Below the pieces are notes generated by a model. The model worked only from the letters and a program-made list of their open reading frames with translations. It searched no databases and had not been told where the DNA came from. Source: Eledone cirrhosa (lineage: Eukaryota). From it: DNA of 64,000 nucleotides. How positions within the stretch are numbered: position 1 is the stretch's first letter; every line of letters starts with the position of its first letter. Positions 41,744 through 55,320 of this stretch are shown in pieces. A program made the position numbers and the translations under genes. The stretch covers positions 71,052,001-71,116,000 of the forward strand of contig OZ024740.1 of assembly GCA_964016885.1 (NCBI GenBank), read 5' to 3'.

Positions 41744-43636
41744 TCATCATCATCATCATCATTATTTTACGTCCGCTTTTCCCTGCTTGCAAGGGTGGGA
41801 TGGGTCTTATTCAGCACAGCATCTCTCCACTCGTCACGGTCCCTCGTCATCTCCACCGTGAGCTTCAATGATCTGAGGTCTGTTCTCACCACCTCCGCCC
41901 ATGTTTTGTCTTAGCTAGATTCACTCTCAGTCCTCTTGCTTCCAACTGCTGTTTCCATAGCCAGAATTTATTCTCCAGCTCCTCTACTGATTCTGCTATA
42001 AGAACCAGATCGTCAGCATAGAGAAGTTCCCATGGACAGGCAGTCTTAAACTCCTCTGTTATGGCTTGGAGGACTATAATGAACAAGAGCGGGCTGAGGA
42101 CCGAACCCTGATGTACTCCTACTTGTATCTGGAATTCCTCACTAAACTCCATTCCTACCCTGATTTACTGAGAGTACCTCTGTACAAAGTTTGCACTGTC
42201 CTCACAAGCAATTCCTCAACACCTAGCTTCCTTAGGGACCACCAGATGACAGATCGGGGTACCCTATCAAAGGCCTTCTCTAGGTCAACAAAGGCTAAGT
42301 ATAGTGGCTTATTCTTCTCTAAGAACCTCTCTTGCAATTGTCTCACCAAGAAGAGGGCATCTGTTGTACTCTTCCCAGGCACAAAACCAAACTGCATCTC
42401 ATCTAGTTTGACCCTTTCTCTAATTAGTTGTGCTAAAATCCTTTCTGCCACTTTCATAACCTGATCTATCAGTTTTATACCCCTATAATTGCTCCTCTCC
42501 AAAGCATCCCCTTTACCTTTGTAGCAATTTATGAGAATACTGCTGCACCAGTCTTTGGGTATGACACCACCAAATATAGCCTGATTGATGATGCATGCAA
42601 CCAGTTTATTGCTTACGTCCCCTGATGCCTTCAGCATCTCAGCAACTATTCCCGATGGGCCGGCAGCCTTACCATTTTTCATTTCCCTAATCGCCTCTTG
42701 GACCCTATATTCGTCAATCTCAATAGCTGGTCCCTCTGTTGGATCTACCAAGGGTAATTTCTCTCTCTCTCATTTGTTCTCCACATTCATCAGTCTCTCA
42801 TAATGACATTTCCAGGCCTCCTTTTTCTGATCATTCGTGACACTAAGTACACCGGCATCATCCCGGACACATTTATCTCCAACAACATCCTGATTTGCAT
42901 TGACACACTGCCTTGCAATGTGGAACACCGCACGCCTCTCATCTTCCCGTCGCAAAACATTGGCAAACCTCCTACTCTCTGCCTCCCTGCATGCTAAGTA
43001 CACCTGACGTCTAGCTTCTCTCTTAGTGGCTGTACTCCCACCCTTTTTCCAAGCCTTCCATGCTAGTCTTTTGTCTCTAATAGCCTTATCTACTGTGCTG
43101 TTCCACCACCAGGTCACTTTCTGTCTGGTTGGAGCTCTGCTCCAGCCACAAGTTTCATCAGTAGCCTGCAGCAAGTTGTCACGTAGGAAATTCCAGTTAT
43201 TATCTATGTCATACGTCTCTAAATCGTCTTCTTTTTCGTCATATACATCTTGAAGGGCTTTCCTAAATTTGTATTTTAGTGAAAGGTCTTTTAGCTACCA
43301 GACCTTTCTTCTCCACACCTTCCTATATGTCTCATTCCATCTCTTGCTTACTGAGATATCACTAACAACTAACCTATGCTGTGGGGTACATTCTTCCCCA
43401 GGGTATGCCTTGGTATTAGACACTATCTGCCTGTCCCGCTGCCTAACTAGCAAGAAGTCAATCTGGCTTATGTGCTCACCAGATTTGTAGGTTATTAGGT
43501 CATTGGCAGGTTTCTGGAAGTTTGTGTTGCAAATAGTCAATGTACCCGCATCACAAAATTCAATAAGTCTCACCCCTTCTTCATTTCTTGAACCATAACC
43601 GTGCCCACCATGTACCCCAGTATAACCATCCTGGAG

Positions 43637-43640
<4 letters not shown>
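41741..43640 (-). mobile_element. RTE LINE family B (part of APE plus RT), frameshifted and internally deleted
   Basis: [37 protein letters not shown]; jumps near 41905 directly to the 3' end seen at 13320-13478. Confidence 0.92.
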
Positions 43641-43725
<85 letters not shown>

Positions 43726-43726
43726 C

Positions 43727-43760
<34 letters not shown>

Positions 43761-43794
43761 TTACATATATATATATATACATATATATATATAC

Positions 43795-43967
<173 letters not shown>

Positions 43968-43976
43968 CATATATAT

Positions 43977-44193
43977 CATTTCATTCATCATTTCATTTTA
44001 CGTCCGCTTTTCCCTGCTTGCAAGGGTGGGACGGGAACTGATTCTGGCTTGATTTCTACAGCTGGATGCCCTTCCTAACACCAACCTCATTTACAGTGAG
44101 TGCTAGGTGCTTTTTTGCCGTGGCACCTCCACGACCACTTTGCAGTGGAATGATAGGGACTAGGGTCCCCATCATCTCATTTCTACAGCTGAG
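43977..44193 (-). mobile_element. SINE family 2 3' half
   Basis: Matches 35067-35290. Confidence 0.8.
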
Positions 44194-44870
<677 letters not shown>

Positions 44871-44915
44871 ATATATATGTGCATATATATATATGTATAT
44901 ATGTATATATATATG

Positions 44916-44984
<69 letters not shown>

Positions 44985-45262
44985 TATACTTGGGGAGGGT
45001 CATATTTGTGTAATATTGCCAGAATTAATAACAGAACACACTCACTGTTTGGTTGGTTTTCGCTTCTCGCTGTCTTTTATATCTGCGATCTAACTTAATC
45101 GGTCCTCAATGTTGCCATTGACTGACCGACGGTCAAAAATAATACAGATACAATATAGACACAAACACATATATATAGTTTACATAATTTACATAAATCT
45201 TTCGTTGCAGTCAGTGGTGTTATATTTTTTCCTCCTGTTGTGTTGTATGTCTACGCCATTCT
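44985..45262 (-). mobile_element. PLE 1 3' region fragment; its hammerhead has lost half of stem II
   Basis: Reverse complement of about 15950-16232. Confidence 0.8.
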
Positions 45263-45304
45263 AAAGGGCCACACACCCAAGTTCAATGAGAAAATCCACA
45301 CCCA

Positions 45305-45670
45305 AAAGTGGGAAAACCCCCGTCCAAACCCATGCAAGCGTGGAACACGGACGTTAAACGTTGATGATGATGATGATGATGATATATATATGTATATCAA
45401 CATCATCATCATCATCATCGTTTAACGTCCATGTTCCACGCTTGCATGGGTTTGGATGGGAGATTTCCCACTTGAGGCAAGAGTGGTTGTCTTGCTCGCA
45501 TAGGACTGTCTGGCGGGTTTTCTGCAGCTGGATGCCCTTCCTAACACCAACCACATTTACAGTGTGGGACTGGGAGGTTTTTACCGTGTTGCCTACATGG
45601 CCACATTACAGCGTGGACTGTGTGTTTTTTTGTCGTGACACCTACACGATCTCATTTGTTTCGGCCTGGA
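45305..45670. mobile_element. Tail-to-tail RTE family A 3' ends
   Basis: + tail at 45305-45385 and - tail at 45400-45670 around a short TA tract. Confidence 0.8.
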
Positions 45671-45692
45671 TATATATATATATATATATGTA

Positions 45693-47350
45693 TCATCATC
45701 ATCATCATCATCACCGTTTTACGTCCGTTCTTCCACGCTAGCATGGGTTAGACGGGTTGTCCTGTTGTGGGCAGTGTCTGGTCGGCTGACCATGCCTTGC
45801 TCATACAGGAACTGATCTGGCTTGATTTCTACAGCTGGATGCCCTTCCTAACACCAACCTCATTTACAGTGAGTGCTGGGTGCTTTTTCGTGGCGCCTAC
45901 ACGTCCACTTTACAGTGTGGGCTGGGTGCTTTTTTGCCGTGGCACCTCCACGACCACCTTGCGGTGGGGGGGGGGGCATATTGTTTATATGCTTCAGCAT
46001 GTACCCATGGGAGGTCGGGTACCCTGTATTACTGCGGGACGCCAGAAGTCACGGTCGTGTGTCATTGACTTTGAGAGGTGTAGTTGGGTAAGGTCGGCTT
46101 TTATCACCTCATCCCAAGTCATCTTGGGTCTCCCCACTCCGCGGTTTCCATCAACTTCTAGTGCTCTGCACCTTTTTATGCAGCTGTCATCCTTCATACG
46201 CATCACATTTCCATACCAGCGTAACCGCCTCTCCTGCACGCAGCATTTGATTCCTCTTATGCTCAGTCTCTCTCTCAATTCATTTATGCTTTGTCGTTCA
46301 CGTATATTACTGTTACACATCCATCGGAGCATGCAGGCTTCGTTTCTCTCTAATCTACGTAAGTCTTCCACCTTCAGCGCCCAGGTCTCACTACCATGCA
46401 ACATCGCTGTTCGGATACACGCATCATACAGTCTGCCTTTCATTCTGAGGGAGAAGCCTTTTGCAGCTAGCAGTGGTAGTAGTTCCCTAAACTTCTTCCA
46501 TCCCGTTCTTACCCTAGTTATTGTACTTTCTGAGCACCCACCTCCGTTGCTAATTCGGTCACCTAGGTAGCAGAAGCTGTCTACTGTTTCTACAGGGCCC
46601 TCCCAGAGATTGGTGGTACTTGTTTCCTGTGGCTGTTTGCTTGCTGTTTCAGCACAGCTGCTGCATGTGAATCCTACATTCTTAATTAAGCTTCCTGAGA
46701 TCCCGCTACATCTCTTGTGTACCCATTGTTTGCATTTGGGGCAAAGAATGGAGTTCCTACCTACACCTTTCCTACATACTGAGCAAGGCCATTTCCCTGA
46801 GGGGATCTGGGTTCTGTTTTCTCGTCTACTTATAAGGACCTTAGTCTTTGTCATGTTGACTTTGAGGCCCTTTCTCTCTAGTCCCTGCTTCCAGGTTTGG
46901 AATTTATTCTCTAGTTCTACCATAGATTCAGCTATGAGTGCGAGGTCATCAGCATACAGGAGTTCCCATGGGCATCCGGTCTTAAACTCCTCCGTTATTG
47001 CCTGCAGGACTATGATGAACAGGAGAGGGCTAAGAACAGAGCCCTGGTGGACCCCAACCTGTACGCTAAATTCCTCGCTATACTCATTGCCAATCCTAAC
47101 TTTGCTGACTGCTCCCCTATACATGGCTTGTACCGCTTTCACAAGCCATTCATCTACTCCTAGTTTTCTAAGAGCCCACCAGATTACTGCACGTGGAACT
47201 CTGTCAAAGGCTTTCTCAAGGTCGACAAATGCCAAGTAGAGTGGCTTACTTTTAGCTAGGTACTTTTCCTGTAATTGCCTCACAAGGAAGAGCGCATCAG
47301 TGGTGCCTTTCCCTGGAACAAACCCAAATTGCATCTCGTCTATATTCATA
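45693..47350 (-). mobile_element. RTE LINE family C, 5'-truncated, RT frame open
   Basis: Open frame from [17 protein letters not shown] through LYADD and the PHD motif to GRPKMTW. Confidence 0.93.
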
Positions 47351-47400
47351 TATGTATATATGTGTATATATGTATATATGTATATATATGTATATATGTA

Positions 47401-47517
<117 letters not shown>

Positions 47518-47713
47518 CATCATCATCATCATCATCAACGTTTAACGTCCGTGTTCCACGCTTGCATGGGTTTGGACGGGGGTAGTCCCACTTGAGGCAA
47601 GAGTGATTGTCTTGCTCGCATAGGACTGTCTGGCAGGTTTTCTACAGTTGGATGCTCTTCCTAACACCAACCACATTTACAGTGTGGGTCTGGGAGGTTT
47701 TTACCGTGTTGCC

Positions 47714-47714
<1 letters not shown>
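47518..47714 (-). mobile_element. RTE family A tail
   Basis: Reverse complement of about 28600-28793. Confidence 0.85.
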
Positions 47715-47744
<30 letters not shown>

Positions 47745-47805
47745 GTATATATATATGTATATATGTATATATATATATATATATATGTATATAAATATAT
47801 ATATG

Positions 47806-47840
<35 letters not shown>

Positions 47841-47885
47841 GTATATATATATGTATATATATATATATATGTATATATATATGTA

Positions 47886-47934
<49 letters not shown>

Positions 47935-47935
47935 G

Positions 47936-47998
<63 letters not shown>

Positions 47999-48095
47999 GT
48001 ATATATATATATGTGTATATATATATATATGTATATATATATATGTGTATATATATATATATGTATATATATATATGTGTATATATATATATGTG

Positions 48096-48146
<51 letters not shown>

Positions 48147-48185
48147 GTGTATATATATATATATGTGTATATATATATATATGTG

Positions 48186-48220
<35 letters not shown>

Positions 48221-48466
48221 GTGTATAATATATATATGTATATATATGTATATGTATGTATATATATATATATATATGTATATATATGTATATATATATA
48301 TATGTATATATATGTATATATATATATATGTATATATATGTATATATATATGTATATATATGTATATATATATGTATATATATATGTATATATATATATG
48401 TATATATATGTATATATATATATATATATGTATATATATGTATATATATATATATGTATATATATG

Positions 48467-48550
<84 letters not shown>

Positions 48551-48567
48551 CATACATATATATATAT
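47715..48567. repeat. About 850-bp (TA)n/(TATG) compound microsatellite
   Basis: Seen directly; similar tracts at 39515-39665, 39860-40092, 43640-43975 and 47350-47517. Confidence 0.95.
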
Positions 48568-48945
48568 CATCATCATCACCAATTAATGTCCATTTTTCCA
48601 CGCTATCATGGGTTAGATGAGTTGTTCTATTGTGAGACAAGCCAGATCAATGACCATATCTTGCTCATACAGGACTGATTTTGGCTTGGTTTCTATGACT
48701 GGATGCCCTTCCTAATGCCAAGCATATTTACAGTGTGGACTGGGTGTTTTTTGTTGTGGCACCTACACGACCACTTTACAGTGTGGGCAGGGTGCTTTTT
48801 ATTATGTCACCAACACAACCACAATATGTATTTAAAATACTGTACTATAAAAATTTAAATATCAAATTTCCTTGTGCTACTTTGATTCTGATACACAAAT
48901 GTCTGGTTTTAATATTCATATTGAAAGGGTTTTAATATTCAAATT

Positions 48946-51250
48946 GAAGGGAAGCAGAGGAAAGAAAGTTCAAGCATGTTCTACAACGCGAGGACCAAAA
49001 ACGTGAGGTGTTCAGGATTGTTAGGCAATGTGTCAAGGAAAACAGTGATATTGTCGGGGAGAAGTGTGTCCTTAATGATGATGGTGTACTTGCCATCACT
49101 GACGCTGATAAGAAGGTAGCTTGGAAGTGTCACTACGAAAGGCTACTAAATGAGGAGAATAATTGGGAGAAAAACAGTCTCCCCCACATCGACACAATAG
49201 AGGGACCAGCAGTGCAAGTTGAAGGTAGTATAATAAGTAAGGCGATCAAAGACATGAAGACAGGCAAGGCGCCTGGACCTTTGGAAATAGTTGCTGAAAT
49301 GCTGAAAGCATCTGGAATGGTGGGACACACTATGGTCACCCGGATAGTAAACCATGTCATACAGAATGGGGTCATTCCGAAGGACTGACGCAGCAGCATC
49401 ATCATTAACTGCTACAAGGGTAAAGGTGATGCCCTAGATAGGGGAAACTATAGAGGCATTAAATTAATTGACCAAGTCATGAAGGTCACAGAAACAGTAA
49501 TAGCGCAACTAATCAGAGAGCGAATTGATCTAGACAAAATGCAGTTCGGGTTTGTGTCAGGTAAAAGTACAACAGACGCTCTCTTCATTGTACGACAACT
49601 ACAGGAGAAGTACCTAGCTAAAAGTAAACCCCTATACTTAGCCTTTGTTGACTTGGAGAAAGCCTTTGACAGAGCACCCCGTTCGATTATCTGGTGGGTC
49701 CTTAGAAAACTAGGTGTTGATGAATGGCTTGTGAGAGCTATACAAGCCATGTATAAAGAAACAGTCAGCAAGGTTAGAATTAACAACGAACATAGTGAAG
49801 GGTTTAGCATAAAAGTTGGTGTTCATCAGGGCTCCGTCCTTAGCTCCCTACTATTTATTATTGCCCTTCAGGCTATAACAGAGGAGTTCAAGACCGACTG
49901 CCCATGGGAACTCCTATATGCAGATGATCTAACGCTCATAGCTGAATCAATGGAGGAACTAGAGAAGAAATTCCAAACAAGGAAGCATGGCCTAGAATCA
50001 AAAGGCCTTAAAGTTAACTTGTCTAAGACTAAAGTTCTAGTTTGTAGGAAAGAAAATAGGGCACCGGTCCCATCTGGGAAATGGCGATGCTCAGTGTGTA
50101 GGAAAGGAGTAGGCAGAAACTCCATTTTATGTCCCAAATGCAAAGTATGGGTGCATAAAAGATGTAGTGGGATCACAGGTAAGCTAACTAAGAATATAGA
50201 TTTTATATGTGGCCGGTGCTCTGGTGCAATAAGTAGCAGCAAGTGCCCACAGAATACTAGCTCATTCCATTGTACAGATGGTTCTATAGAAATAGTGGAC
50301 AGCTTCCGTTACCTGGGTGACAAAATCAGCAGTGGGGGAGGGTGCTCTGAAAGTACAGTAGCTAGAGTCAGAACGGGATGGAAAAAGTTCAGAGAGCTTA
50401 TACCACTATTGGCCGCTAAAGGGTTCTCTCTAAAAATGAAAGGCAGGCTGTATGATGCTTGCATACGAACAGCAATGTTACATGGCAGTGAGACCTGGGC
50501 ATTGTGTGCAGAGGATATACGCAGACTGGAGAGAAACGAAGCTTGCATGCTCCGCTGGATGTGTAATAGTAATATACGTGAACGGCAAAGCATAAACGAA
50601 CTAAAGGAGAAATTAGGAATAAGAGGGATCAGATGTTGTTTACTCGAGAGAAGACTACGTTGGTACGGTCACGTGATGCGCATGAAAGACGACAGCTGTA
50701 TAAAAAAGTGCAGGGCGATAAAAATAGACGGTAGCCACGGAGTAGGCAGACCCAGAAAAACCCGGGACGACTTGATAAATTCCGACCTCACACACTTACA
50801 CCTCTCCAAGACAATGTCACTGGACCGAGATCTTTGGCGCTACACAGTTATACAGAAGACCCGCCTTGCCTAAGTACAAAGCGAAACCTACAGTCAGTAG
50901 GCACCTCTAACAAAATACACCCCGTCCCACTACCCCCACCCCATCCACACCACCCCCTTAAATGTGAAGTTATGTTGGTACCACAACATCCAGTCCGAAA
51001 CAAATGAGGTTGTGTAGGAGTCACGACAAAAAAACACACAGTCCACGCTGTAATGTGGCTGTGTAGGTAACACGGTAAAAACCTCCCAGTCCACACTGTA
51101 AACGTGGTTGGTGTTAGGAAGGGCGTCCAGTCGTAGAAAACCCGCCAGACAATCCTGAGCAAGACAACCAATCTTGCCTCAAGTGGGACAATTCCCGCCC
51201 AGACCCATGCTAGCGTGGAAAATGGACGTTAAACGATGATGATGATGATG
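48946..51250 (+). mobile_element. RTE LINE family A, 5'-truncated, one premature stop at 49386-49388
   Basis: ORFs 49008-49388 and 49479-50873 share a frame and are nearly identical to 25942-28793. Confidence 0.95.
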
Positions 51251-52072
51251 AAGAAATTAAAACCATTTATCATAATTTTATATAATAACCTTTTCTTAAC
51301 TTAGATTCCAAGTACAATAAAGGAATAGTTGGCTATTTTAGTAAATCTCTGTAAATTCTTGTTTATTTCCAAAACAAATTTTTAAAAAAGCATCATTGCT
51401 TTTATGTTAACGTTTTCAATATTGGCATGGGCTGTACAAGAATTTTTGAAGTTGTATTCTTTAACTAGATGCCCTTTAAGACACCTATAATTGAGGAAAA
51501 AATATAGGCGCAGCTGTCATCAGAGAAATGGTTGTGTTTGGTAAGCTGAAAAGGTTTTGGGAGAAACTCCATACAGTGCAGCTATTGTAAACTAGGGGTA
51601 CACAATAGGTAGTATTGCAGATAAGCTAATGGAGAAAAGAGAAATTTAGTTTGGTAGATGTGCAGGGGTAGTTAGCAATAATAGCTCCAGGGAAATAAAC
51701 TCTTTCCAATCCAAAGAAGGTTCCATAGAAGTAATTGATAGCTTCTGTTACCTAGGTGACATAATTAGCAGTTGAGATGAGTACTCTGAAAACATAGCTG
51801 GCAACATAAGGATTTTCTCTCCAAGTGATGGGTAGATTGATGCCTGCATACAAAATGTGATGCATGGAAATAAGATGTGGGCACTCAATATAGAGGGTAT
51901 GCAATACCCTGCTGGCCACTTTTTTCTCTCTATAGGGGTATTTTACCCAATTTTCTAAGCTATTATTTTAGCAACTTCCTGTGTTTACAGTTATTTTGTG
52001 AGTCTGAGATTCCTACATTATCTATAAATTTCATAACTCCAAAAGTTTGACTCTTTGCATACAATGTTGTTT

Positions 52073-52117
<45 letters not shown>

Positions 52118-52354
52118 TTCGTTTAACATCTATCTTCCATGCTAGCATGGATTAGACAGGTTTGTCCCATTAGAAACAAGTTGGGTCAGGTGACCATGTC
52201 TCGCTCATATAGGACAGTATCTGGCTGGTTTTCTATGGCTGGATGCCCTTTCCTAGTACTAACCACATTTACAGTGTGTGGTGGGTGCTTTTGTCGTGAC
52301 CCCTATACGACCACTTTACAGTGTGGGCTGGATGTTTTGTGGTACCAACATAAC

Positions 52355-52422
<68 letters not shown>

Positions 52423-52875
52423 CAAATTTCCACTCATTTTTTTCTGTTTACTAAACTTCACTCACAAGGCATTGATCAACTTGTGACTACAGAAAACACT
52501 TCCCCTCAGTACCATACAGTGAAATCAAATCTGAAATCACATAGCTGCAAAGCAAACTCCTTAACCACACAGCCATGTCTGTATCTAAAAATATACTCAA
52601 AAAATTGTTAAAAACTGATTTTTCTTCTCATTCCTAAAGCAGGCTCTTATACAAAATATTAGATATCTTCTTAATTTAAAATGACCCTGATGTATTTTTT
52701 ACTGTTCTTAAATTGACTTTTGCCAACAGTTTTCTTATCATGCTCTTCAAATTCTAGTGATTATATTTGTTTTAGGGCTCTTTCTTACAAATAAATATGT
52801 GATTGGTTATCTTTGATAGATTGGATGCATTGTTTCACTTTCTATTTAGCTTGAATGACAAGTTTTCTTTTACAG

Positions 52876-52927
52876 ATGGTCTACCTGTCAATTGTTCTCC
52901 ATGGACCTGCCATTTTGTTTCGGTTAA
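52876..52927 (+). CDS. SLC5 symporter coding exon 3 (52 bp)
   Basis: TTTTCTTTTACAG|MVYLSIVLHGPAILFRL+1 nt|GTAAGT, homologous to the LY(M/T)xIVxYAPALxL exon of SLC5A5/6/8/12. Confidence 0.85.
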
Positions 52928-53295
52928 GTAAGTATTTATGAACATTGAAATCATGTAAAATACACTCTGGAGAGTGGAAAAGGTTGACAGAGAAGCCTGC
53001 AGGGAATTGAACCACACATCTCTTATATGTCTTGTTAGAAAATTTAAGCATGCAGCTAGAAGTGTAAAAAAGCTGCTTCTGTTTTCTAAAAAGTTATTGA
53101 TTGGCAATCAGGAATTGTTAAATATGTACACCCAGCATACAAGAGATGCCTGGTTCAATATCCAGCAAGCATCTCTGTTTACTTTTTTCTACATCCAGCC
53201 CAATTTGTTCAATTGTTATTTATAGTTATCAACTATTATTGAGGTAACAAAAAATGTTTTCAAATTTTCCAATGCTTCATAAATCAACCAATCTT

Positions 53296-53359
<64 letters not shown>

Positions 53360-53360
<1 letters not shown>

Positions 53361-54030
53361 TCCCGTCCAAACCCATGCAAGCGTGGAACATGGACGTTAA
53401 ACGATGATGATGATATATATATATATATTGATAAATTCCGACCTCACACGCTTACACCTCTCCAAGACAATGTCACTGGACCGAGACCTTTGGCGGTACT
53501 CAGTAATAGAGAAGACCCGCCTTACCTAAATACAAAGTAAAAACCTACTATAGTCAGTAGGCATCTCTATCAAAACACACCCCCGTCCCACCACCTCCAC
53601 CCCACCCACACCGCCCCTTTCAATGTAAAGTTATGTTGGTCCCACAACATCCAGGCCGAAACAAATGAGATCGTGTAGGTGTCACGACAAAAAACACACA
53701 GTCCACGCTGTAAATGTGGCCGTGTAGGCAACACGGTAAAAACCTCCCAGCCCCACACTGTAAATGTGGTTGGTGTTAGGAAGGGCATCCAGCTGTAGAA
53801 AACCCGCCAGACAGTCCACGCTGTAATGTGGCCGTGTAGGCAACACGGTAAAAACCTCCCAGCCCCACACTGTAAATGTGGTTGGTGTTAGGAAGGGCAT
53901 CCAACTGTAGAAAACCCGCCAGACAGTCCTATGCGAGCAAGACAACCACTCTTGCCTCAAGTGGGAAAACCCCCGTCCAAACCCATGCAAGCGTGGAACA
54001 CGGACGCTAAACCTGATGATGATGATGATG
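53360..54030 (+). mobile_element. RTE family A 3' ends (short tail plus longer 3' fragment)
   Basis: Matches 44295-44870; TA-bounded. Confidence 0.88.
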
Positions 54031-54035
54031 ATATA

Positions 54036-54105
<70 letters not shown>

Positions 54106-54108
<3 letters not shown>

Positions 54109-54160
54109 AGGCACATGGCTTAGTGGTTAGAGCATTGGCCTTGCAATCGAAAGGTTGTGA
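54106..54160 (+). mobile_element. SINE family 2 head only
   Basis: GGAGGCACATGGCTTAGTGGTTAGAGC, as at 28803. Confidence 0.7.
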
Positions 54161-55320
54161 GAACCACTGCACTAGACTAACTGGTGTCAGTTTGAGACAA
54201 AGAAAAACTGAACACCCATGTACCACAAAGTCAGCTAGGTAGATACCGGTAAAGTAATGTAAAATAAGAGAAACTTCACAAGCATCTTACCCTAGGGGTA
54301 GAGTCTTAGTTAAGCAACCTAAAACTAGAGGGCTCAATAAAAATTCCCCTTACTGCAGTTTCATGAACAAAAGAACAGAACTGACCACCATTGATTTATT
54401 GTAAAGATTTGAATTATTAAAGAACATCAACCACTGGTGAAGTCATTCTTCCCCTTCTTTTCAAATTTATCTTACTGTACCAAGGAATTCCCTTCATTTT
54501 CTACTATATATATATATATTTGAACAAGTATGTTTAGAAAGTGGCAAGCAGAGTTTGAAAATTTCAATAAAGGACTTTGCCGTAAATTTTTGACTAAATG
54601 AATAATCTAATAATAAGAGGTATGGGTTCAACTCCCATGTATGCTGATGCCCATCTTTTTTCATTCAGTGAGTTTATATGCCCCATTATTATTAGACTCG
54701 GTGCTTTTTATCATGGCATCAAAACAACCACTTAACTGGGTGAACTGGGTGCTTTTTGTCATGTCACCAGCATGATCACTTTACAGGGTGACGACACTTT
54801 TTGTCGTGGCAATGGTATTGTGGAAGATCAGATGTAGAGTCTGTTCAGCTTTCATATTTGAATGTATGGAATGGACAGGCAAGGTGTATCAGGGGTGATC
54901 GTTTGGAGTGGGGGTGGAAAGTAAGCAAGTTTGACATCAACATAAAAATGATGATAAAATGTTAATTCATTCCATAATTTTTTATTTTTACTGAAGTTAA
55001 AACTTGTTGGATACAATAAGCATTTTATTATCTATTTTTAAGTTAACATAATATGAAAACAACACGACAAACAAGAACTAAGATATATCACCTTTCTCAA
55101 CCAAGCATTAATAATAGACAGTGAATTGGCTGAGTCATTAGGATAGTATTTGTTCTGGCTCATTGCCCTCTATGTTTAAATTCTATGAAGGTCAACTTTG
55201 ACTTTAATCCTTTAGAGTTAATAAAATAAAGTCTTGGAAGAAGATTGTTAATGTGTCATATGAAATGTCTTCCATTAATTGTCCCAGCTCTTTGTGTTCT
55301 AAGTTTGAATTCCACAGTGA

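Noticed and set aside
47607-48678. Long Tyr/Ile-rich ORFs, and all similar YI, ER and HT ORFs
   Set aside because: Translations of microsatellites.
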